Below are positions 55,062 to 64,000 of a DNA stretch of 64,000 nt, in pieces. The stretch comes from Macrostomum lignano (taxonomy: Eukaryota), in NCBI GenBank assembly GCA_002269645.1, contig NIVC01002858.1:1-64000 (forward strand). The letters run 5' to 3'. The notes beneath the pieces were generated by a model. That model did no database searches. It was not told where the DNA came from and saw nothing but the letters and a program-made list of their open reading frames with translations. The position numbers were made by a program, and so were the translations under genes. Each line of letters starts with the position of its first letter. Position 1 is the first letter of the stretch.

Positions 55062-56425
55062 CGAAACAAAGACTTTCTAATCGACAGGCATGTACAATCT
55101 CTATGCTTTAGGGGTTTGGCCCTCTTGGGGGCGAATCACACGACAACCCACCGGCCAATTTTAATGTACCAAAAGCCCCAAATGAATGTGGCTTTTGAAT
55201 TTTTACTCACTTGTTTTGGGATGTGCTGTGAAAGGACTTTGGACAGATTTAGAATGGCAAAATATTATTAGAAAAGTCCGCTTAATCTCTCATTGATATT
55301 TTAATGGGAAATAGCTTTCTTAAAAATACAAATAAACAGCAATATATGATTGGTGTTAGCAGTTTATTTCTGGAGGCAAATGTTAAAATACTAAATAAAT
55401 TGGGTTTATCACTATAATGGCTGATCAACGTACAGATCACAGTCAGTATTAGTAAAAAAATTACGAGCGTAGTGCGTACTCGAGAGTATAAAAAAGAATA
55501 TTGATTTGGTTCACTTTATCGCAAAATTGAAAATATTGAAAGCTTTACCAGTTAGCTTTCGCAGGCTTCGTGATGATTAGTGATAATCGAAAGTTGAATA
55601 TATACGATCGCAGTTGAATATTTCATAGTAAGAAATCAACTAAGCTTAGATAGAAAGTATGAAAAGTAAAGAAGTTAAAATTAATGACGATAAAAATCTT
55701 AAAATAGTTTTTAGATTAGTTTAACATTATTTATTCTGAAATCACACCAACTCTCATGTTAGCTAATCAAAATATAGAAAAAGCATCGCAGATAAACAAA
55801 AAAATAAAAGTACAGTTACTAAAAACTAAACAAATGAATAAATTATTTTCATAAATACTGACAAAAAATCTAACAAAATTTGATAGTACAAAACAAAGCA
55901 AAAAATTATTTAAGATTTTTAATGTAGCGTAAACATATCGAATGAAACCATGACTCTATTTCATTTGCTTTGATTTCATTCCTAGATCTAATTTAAGCGA
56001 ATGACAAAACAGCGGCAGCTATCCCAATGTGTATTGAATTCTATATCAGTCTATCGCAGGCACCATGCACACAACAGGGGGAAATAGTCCCTGATCATAA
56101 GCACTGAACGCTAGAGTTTATAACGCCAAATTAGCGTCGATTTTTGTAACTTTAGGTTGCGAACTTGCGAAGAACACTTTGACCTTCCTAGATGGGTCCC
56201 CTATTTCTGCTAAGCACTAGTTGAGACGTAGGCAGTACATGTATCTACTCCCCATCTTACTGCGAGTCTATCAGCTTTATTGTTTTTAGGACGTCGAAAG
56301 GTCTGTTCGTCATCTAAATGTTGCAGACCTTGACCAATACGCTTGGTAGGAAGCATAATTGTAGCCTTTTGAAAAATAAATAAAAAAGTCTACTGAAGTA
56401 TGTTCAGTCAAGTGCACAGTTTTAG

Positions 56426-59400
56426 CTAGTCACCCCGCTGCGACTCGTCATGATTCGCGCCAGTGGAACCCGGATCCCCATTCCGCTGTCGCATGCTGCG
56501 TCTGGCCCAGCGAAGCACTTTGCTCAGCTTCCTCTGGGCGGCGTCCATCTTCTCCGAGGCGCTGTTTCGAGCCGAACTGTTAAACCGGATGCCGGCGATC
56601 TCGGAGTTGACGAGGCTGGCGCTGCCGAGCAGCTCCTCCTCGATGTCGTCTTCGATTGTCTCGACTCTCTGGCTGCGGATCAGATGGCGCTTCTGTCGAA
56701 ACTGATTCGCCTGTCTAATTAGAAAATCTTCGTGATCCTTGCCCAGGCTTCGCGATACCTGAACATTGCGGCACAGCTGGCATGAAGAGCAGCTTCTTTT
56801 GGGATCCTTAGCTGGATTCCACTTCGAGCATCTGTTAATATCAAAGCATTTCACGTGGTCTTTGGCCTCCTTTTGAGTCTCCTTGTTCTGTCTGCAGTGC
56901 TTGCAGGCAGAGCAGCTATTGTACTGGTGATCCACGTCTAACACAAGTGGCTTTATCCGTTTTGCTTTAAAATGACGCGAAAAGTAAAAGTATAAATTTA
57001 AAATGATGCCAAGGATGTTGAACGGTGGAGGCAATGGATTGAGGCGGCAGAAGTCGAGCAGCAGTTCGTGCCGCATGGCCAGCCAAATCAGCTGCGAGCG
57101 GCGCTCGAATCGGCTGACCGAGTTGCTGAACTTGGCAATCAGCATGTTGAACATGACGAGATTAACTATGAGTAAGAAAACCGGCAGCAGGTATCTAGCA
57201 AAGATTGTTATGCCGAGTGGATAGTAGCAGCCGTCAATGGTTCGTTCACCGTCCTTTGGCTCGCATTCGTACAGCTTCTCCAGCTGTAGCTCACCAAATG
57301 CTGTCAGCAGCGGCCTCGTGTAAATTTCAAACAATGTCTCCAAGCTTCTGTGCTTCGTTTTGCCACCGAATGCGTCTTCAAAGCTGTACTGACCGACTGT
57401 CAAGGTGGCTATGAAGACTGCGCCAAAAGAGAGGATTAGTATGGTCAGTATGATGACAAACGGCAGCAAGTCGCGATAGAAAATCTGAGGCATAATGACC
57501 ACGTTGGTGCCTATTGGACGCGAGTAGCGCAGAGTTTTCATAAATTTGGCACTGGCCAACAGGAGCGCGACTGACATGAGCATCTTGAAGAGGAAGTGAC
57601 CGTAGATGCCGGACTGATTGCCGACTATTGTCGCATCGTCGTCATACATGGTGCCCCTCTCGCGGCCACTATAAAGCTTTACAAAAAAGGCTGCAAGCAA
57701 GAAGATGATATTCAGCTGATCGTAAATATTCCAGGCATCAAAAAAGTACGATCTGTGCCCTTCTCCAGGTGTTGTGTATCGGATTCGCCATTCGTGAAAT
57801 TCCTGTAGAATGAACGAGATCAGGTAAACCACAAGAATAAAGTCTAACGAGCTCCAGTTGACCGATGGCATTACAAGAGAAGCTATGAGCAGTGATATGT
57901 AGAGAAGGGTGGTCGTGGCGTAGCACATCAGGGTACGCTTCGGGCAGGTGACGTATCTTCGGAAGTTCATGCCACACCCTTTGTCACTTTCGCTTGCGGA
58001 ATCCGGTGAAGAATTTGAACGAAGATAATCAAGCTTTTCTTCGAAAATATCGGCTTTCTTGGCGCTCGAGTATTGCGGTCGCTGACGCCAGATCTTTTGC
58101 ACCAGTTCCTGGATGCATTCTGCTCCGTACAGACTCTCCCTTTCGGACTTCCTGATCAGCTCGAGTGTGGAAAACTTTCGCCACTTCGAATCGTTTTTAC
58201 TCCCATTTTGCTTAGTCGTACTTTTAGGTATCAGATGTCTTGAGCTTGGCAGCCGTCCACTAGTTCCGGTACTGTCGACGCCAATCATCTTGCCAAGCAT
58301 GTACGTAAAGACTAAGTCCGCTTCGCTGTCAGTGGAGCCACGGATCAGGGCATCGATGGCATTTAGGGCGATCTTCGATGCAAACGCCTTAATGCCCTTC
58401 AACTCGGCATTGGTATCCCGTATCGGGTAGTAATTAATGAGGCTCTCCTGTTCTATCATACGATTGCAGCGAACAATGGCGGCAAGGGACATTGGGATCA
58501 TGTCAAACTGACGGGTGATCAGCAGCGCTTTAGCCATGCAGGGCCGACCTGTACTGATGGCTACGGCAACCAGCGACAGCTCTTTAAAGTACTTGGTGGG
58601 CTTGCCTAGTTTGCATTGAAAAATTCTACCATTGTCGAGATAGGAGAACAATGGCGTGTCGCAGTATTCTTTTTTCGGAGCGCAGCATGGATCTAATACA
58701 ATGGATAAGTCCCCTTTTAAAATCTGCCAACGGTCTTTCCGTGGTCTTAGAAAGCCTTTGTGAATCTTTTGCTCGGCAATTTCGCAGAAAAACTCGACAA
58801 TTTCAGTGTCGGACAATAGCTCTCCCAGATTTCTTTCCGTTTGAATTTTTGCCGAAAGGGAAGCAGGACGCCCTGACTGGGGGAACTGATCAGTATTTTC
58901 ATTCGGCTTACGCAGTTCCTTGCGCAGAAATGAAGAGTGAAGCAGAGCTCTGTACTGAGTAGCGCTATCGTTTTCAAAGCACATATACATGGCTGCTTTC
59001 ACTGTCATCTTTTTCAGCTGGTCGCATTGCTTTAGAAATGTTTTTTCTTTGTTCTTGAACAGGCGCCACGCCGCCAGGAGCTCTTCGTCAGCCTCCCGCT
59101 CTGTGAGAGCGTCTTGGTGATTTTCGCAGTCGCCGTCGCAGAAGTCCAGAGCACATTTTACACTATCCACACTCCTGGCATACTCTAGCACCCACGACAT
59201 ACCGTTAGGTCCCAAGCCATCGTTTGCGGAGCCAATCTGCTTATAGGCTTGCAAGATTGCATCTCGACTTTGGGGTCGTTCAAATGCCAGATCAGTGCAC
59301 GTCTTGCCGTCCCTAAAAATAACCGATTATTTAGTTAGCATATTATTTTATTGGCTAAGAAATAGATTACAGGCCGTGTAAATAAAGTGAGAATTTGCTT

Positions 59401-61675
59401 ATTAAGAGCATCGCCTGCTCAAATTCTTCGTTTCTGATTGCAATAAAGAAAACTCTTTGAGCAAGAGACCAAAGAATAATAGGAACGATGGATTTGTTCA
59501 CAATTGGTAGGTGTATACGTTTTTAGTAGGAGTTGCATCACAAATTGCAGTTTGCGACAGTACAAGCTACATTCATGTATGCTCAACAACATTAAAAAGT
59601 CGCCACCAATTGAGAGTGCGCAGTAAATTCCAGCTCAGAATTTTTACTTTTGAGTGACGCAGCTTGCGCCACGCGACGCAGAGTTGAGCTGGGTGAGGAG
59701 GGATTGGGAAGAGCAGAGGGCGAAGAATGGATAGATTGAAGCTTCGCCCGGTTTTCATTGTTTTTTTAAAGCATTTTTAATAACAAAATGGTTGGCCAGG
59801 TGAAGGGTGGCGACCTTTCAATGTTGCTGAGTATACACTGTGGTAGAGAAGGACGCATGACGCCTAAAAAGTCAAATAGAAACTCTGTACGCGTAATTAA
59901 TTTTATTTTACTCGTTGTGAATCTGGGCCAAGTCTGGGCCAGTTCTCACTTTATTCGTACCGTCTGAAAAATCAGTAGATCAAACAAAAGTCTCACTTGG
60001 TACAGTCTAGCAGGCTGAACCGCTCTTTCAGCAGGTAGGCGACACTATCTACGTGTCCACCTTTGCAAGCAAAGTGCAAAGCAGTCCACAGGCCGTAGGG
60101 AAACGGTCTCTGGCGCGAACTGCGAGGAGCATCCGGACCGTCGATGGGACCGCCGAGTATTGTCTGCGACGCGAAGGTGGTCCGCTTGTATTTGTACAGC
60201 TCCATGATGCAGCCTTGTCTCTGGACGTACTGCGCAAGGCAATTGTAAAAGCTGTCACTGGCGCCGCTGATGCAGCCAAGCCTGGCACAGATGTGAGCAA
60301 CGTCCATGCCGTATGAGTTTTTTAGTAGCGACCGGAACTTGATACCAAACATTTCGCAATAGAAGCGTAGTTCATCTAGAATAGTCTCGGCAGCTTTAAC
60401 GTCCGGTTCTGCTGTCTCGGAAGTCCAGTGTTGAGCAACCGATTTGATTAACAAGAAGAGCGGTGTATTGTACTTGAAGTCCTCAAGCTGGGCATCCACT
60501 CGAATCTTGTCATCCCTCAGCCTCTTTAGAGCAGTTTCGGCCAAGCAGAATTGCTGACATTTCCCGCAGTACTTGGTTGAACACATCAGGTGAAGTAAAT
60601 TCTGTCTGTTCTCGCTCTTGTGATTTAAAATGTCTTCGCAATGAGTCTTAGAACAGTTATCGAGCAGGAAGTATAGCAAGTGAAAAAATATTTTCTTAGT
60701 TCGTCTCTCAAGAAGGCACTCGGTCGTTTGTTCCTGTTGGCAGAACTTTGCGTTGCACATGCCTGCCGCTCGAAGCAGAGCATTCTCTCTCTGCTTGTTG
60801 CATCTGCTCAGTAGTCTCCGGCATTGCTTACTGGCAGAGTCAGCGTCTAACCCAGCCAGACTGTCTTTGATCTTCTGCGTCAAGGTTTCGACCAAGTCCA
60901 GATGACCCGAACTGATCGCCAGAATCAGCGGTGTGTCGCCGTTCTCGTCGGTCAAATCATCGGTTGCGTCATAGTTTTTTAAGTTCTCGACAGCCTTCGC
61001 CTTTGCTTCCTCGATCATCGCCTTTGCTTCCTCGATCATCGCCTTTGCTTCCTCGATCACATTCGAGTCGGCCTTCTTCTCGGCGTAAATTAGCACCTGC
61101 AGCGAGCTGATTAGATCCTTAGAGTGGGCTGAAATATTCAAAAAAGTTTTCTACTAGTACTCCTTTAGCGTACTACTTGCAATGAGTAGTGCAGTTAGTA
61201 GGTATGCAGTTTCATGAGTATCTAAAAGGTTTAATATATTTTCTAAAAATAAATCATTTTCAGTTTCAGTTTAGAAGCCGGTCACTAGTTCCATAATAAT
61301 TATTTTAAACAATTTACTTCGTAGAATCACTTATATAGAACCATTTATGATTCACAGGGAATCACTGAGTATCACTGATCGAGAATCACAGAGAACCACT
61401 GAGAACAACTGAGACTCACTGAGAATCGTTGAGAATCACAGAGACTCACAGAGACTCACAGAGACTCACCGAGACTCACTGAGACTCACAGAGACTCACA
61501 GAGACTCACCAAGGCTCACAGAGACTCACCGAGACTCACTGACACTCGTTAAGACCCTCTACTTGTACATTAAAAAACCATAATACACGCAGTGCATAGG
61601 ATCAAATCCTAATAATAGTTTGATTATAAACTTACCCAGAATTTTCTGCAGCTTCTCAGACATTTTTCTGGCCAT
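56426..61675 (-). CDS. Ankyrin-repeat plus TRPM-like cation channel; three exons (61636-61675, 59997-61128, 56426-59312), about 1352 aa
   Basis: Both GT-AG introns are phase-compatible, and the second junction restores CTK|DGKTCTDLA. Ankyrin motifs GDTPLILA and WTALHFAC; channel motifs YFFDAWNIYD, pore AFGEL..C...C, S6 VMFNMLIAKFS and TRP box W..MR.ELL.DF....PLPPPFNIL. Confidence 0.85.
61370..61550. repeat. 10-bp intronic minisatellite (GAGACTCACA/T)
   Basis: Direct inspection. Confidence 0.85.
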
Positions 61676-62079
61676 AACTCTACAAATTACAATTACAAAG
61701 TCCGCGAGTGTGCTTGGCTTTTTTCGTAACTCGTTTTTTCTCTTTTCGACTCATTTATATTCATGTCATCGAAAAAGACAGCCATAAAAAGCACGAGTCG
61801 TGAGTTACCCCATAAAACCTATCCAACTTTCTATTGTTCTGGTATAGCTCAACTCAGCACAGCAGCCAAGGCTCTGCCGCATCTCTGACTCTTGCTCGGG
61901 GCATACGAGACGGTGCAGAGCACAGAAATTAGACAGCAAAGTGTGCTTCTTTGAGACAAAAATTGCTACCGACTAATTTAGACTAAGCAAAAAAGCAAAC
62001 AGTTTTATAGTGCATCTATGCGTAAACAAGATGGAATAGACAAACAGTTTTCTCTGCCCTGCATCTCTCAGCTGAATAG

Positions 62080-62145
62080 CGGACTGAGTAAGCCAGTGGT
62101 TAAACGCGTCTCAGAGTGCAGGGGTTCGATTCCGTACGCGGGTTG
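62080..62145 (+). mobile_element. tRNA-derived SINE head (A and B boxes)
   Basis: A-box-like TAAGCCAGTGGTTAA and B box GGTTCGATTCC with tRNA-like spacing, but no complete cloverleaf. Confidence 0.45.
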
Positions 62146-62761
62146 TCGTGCGATTCACAATTCACAGTTTACCACTGACCTCAGCTACCTCGGCTACAAA
62201 CTGTGCACAAGTTGCACTCTAATCAGTCTGGCTAGAGCCTACTGCTAGCCTAGATAGACCAAGCAACAAATGCCTATGAGCTATAGCTAATTGGACAAGA
62301 TTCTGTACTGTCAGTTGCTATGGGCGATGGGGCTTCAGCGTACTGTACACTCATTCCCGAAAATTCCCCAGTTTCCGTTCCGAGCTCATCCCCCCCCTTG
62401 CGTCGAATCTTGACTAGAGTGTTGAAAGGGTAAGCGACTGGGAAGAGACCCTTTCGAGTCCTGTCCTACGCACTGCCCTAATCCCGTCCACCTCCCTTAT
62501 CTCTCATCCTCGAGCCGTCCATCCCACCTCAACTTGGTCCTACGCTCCTACACAGTGAGCAAACTGCAACTTACTTAAGTCTTAGCCCCCCCCCCCTATT
62601 CGCATTGCATTGCTGTGCATAGATCTTGCCGCAATCTGCAATAGTCGTGTCTTTATATAGTTCGATCGAAAAAAAGATATTTTATTCTACGATCAATTAT
62701 TGATTGAGCTCGAGAATGTCTACTGGTGAGTCTGTTTTGTTATAAATAGTATTGCATAACA

Positions 62762-63783
62762 TTCTAGTAGATCAGCTGACTGTTCTAGCTGATCAGCTGA
62801 CTGTTCTAGTAGATCAGCTGACTGTTCTAGTAGATCAGCTGACTGTTCTAGTAGATCAGCTGACTGTTCTAGTAGATCAGCTGCTGTTCTAGTAGATCAG
62901 CTGACTGTTCTAGTAGATCAGCTGACTGTTATAGTAGATCAGCTGACTGTTCTAGTAGATCAGCTGACTGTTATAGTAGATCAGCTGACTGTTCTAGTAG
63001 ATCAGCTGACTGTTCTAGTAGATCAGCTGACTGTTCTAGTAGATCAGCTGACTGTTCTAGTAGATCAGCTGACTGTTATAGTAGATCAGCTGACTGTTCT
63101 AGTAGATCAGCTGACTGTTATAGTAGATCAGCTGACTGTTCTAGTAGATCAGCTGACTGTTATAGTAGATCAGCTGACTGTTCTAGTAGATCAGCTGACT
63201 GTTATAGTAGATCAGCTGACTGTTCTAGCTGATCAGCTGACTGTTCTAGTAGATCAGATTACTGTTCTAGTAGATCAGCTGACTGTTCTAGCGGATCAGC
63301 TGACTGTTATAGTAGATCAGCTGCTGTTCTAGTAGATCAGATTACTGTTCTAGTAGATCAGATTACTGTTCTAGCAGATCAGCTGCTGTTCTAGTAGATC
63401 AGATTACTGTTCTAGTAGATCAGATTACTGTTCTAGTAGATCAAATTACTGTTCTAGTAGATCAGCTGCTGTTCTAGTAGATCAGATTACTGTTCTAGTA
63501 GATCAAATTACTGTTCTAGTAGATCAGCTGACTGTTCTAGTAGATCAGCTGCTGTTCTAGTAGATCAGCTGACTGTTCTAGTAGATCAGCTGGCTGTCCT
63601 AGCAGATCAGCTGCTGTTCTAGTAGATCAGATTACTGTTCTAGTAGATCAGATTACTGTTCTATTGATAGTAGATCAGATTACTGTTCTAGTAGATCAGA
63701 TTACTGTTCTAGTAGATCAGCTGCTGTTCTAGTAGATCAGCTGACTGTTCTAGCAGATCAACTGACTGTTCTAGCAGATCAGA
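62762..63783. repeat. 21-bp minisatellite (TAGTAGATCAGCTGACTGTTC), about 49 copies
   Basis: Direct inspection. Confidence 0.95.
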
Positions 63784-63850
63784 TGCTACACAGACCCGGC
63801 AGAGAGCACAATTAAATCCCCAACAAATTGTCTATGAAACGCAAAAACAG

Positions 63851-64000
63851 GTGGCGAAGACTCAACACTCTGGCAGAAGGTCGGCCCTGTCCAGGAGCTG
63901 GCAACGACCCGTTGCAGACGGCTGTACACCAAGGAGACGGCGAACGATCTGGTGCTGGTGCACTACAAGAACAATTTCTACGCTATGAACGCCTGGTGCC
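63851..64000 (+). CDS. Exon of a Rieske [2Fe-2S]-domain protein, truncated by the window end
   Basis: After the acceptor AACAG the frame reads GEDSTLWQKVGPVQEL...DLVLVHYKNNFYAMNAWC, the run-up to the Rieske CxH motif. Confidence 0.7.

Noticed and set aside
62080-62145. Functional tRNA gene
   Set aside because: Acceptor and anticodon stems do not close; kept only as a low-confidence SINE head.

Overview
Eukaryotic (animal-like, repeat-rich invertebrate) genomic window. Positions 1-10970 are the right-hand part of an AT-rich, capsid-encoding Polinton/Maverick (adintovirus-like) element ending in ...CTACTACT. It encodes major and minor capsid proteins, an A32/FtsK-type packaging ATPase, an adenain-like protease, a fibre/lectin protein, a free-standing HNH endonuclease and a PLA2-integrase fusion. 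No PolB is visible; it is presumably left of the window. The most striking finding is a fully foldable 333-nt IC1-like group I intron (8562-8894) that interrupts the Ca2+-binding loop (NFTG|PGT) of the PLA2-integrase gene. The intron has no endonuclease ORF of its own, lies about 100 nt downstream of the HNH gene, and appears to end in A rather than G. The same element carries 10 copies of a 28-nt double-hairpin module, mostly with AT on both sides (30 nt net). These sit in frame in ORFs, on stop codons and inside the intron. The rest of the window is a transposon- and satellite-rich host region: a CMC/EnSpm-type transposase plus DUF4806-type partner gene with an intact-looking P-superfamily THAP transposon between them, more than a dozen minisatellites, a BEL/Pao LTR retrotransposon with apparently identical LTRs, and a Crypton-like relic. 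Host genes include a putative Cip/Kip-like CDK inhibitor, a secreted PAN plus C-type lectin protein, a three-exon ankyrin plus TRPM-like channel, and a Rieske-domain exon at the window edge. All family assignments are by motif recognition by eye; no database searches were run.
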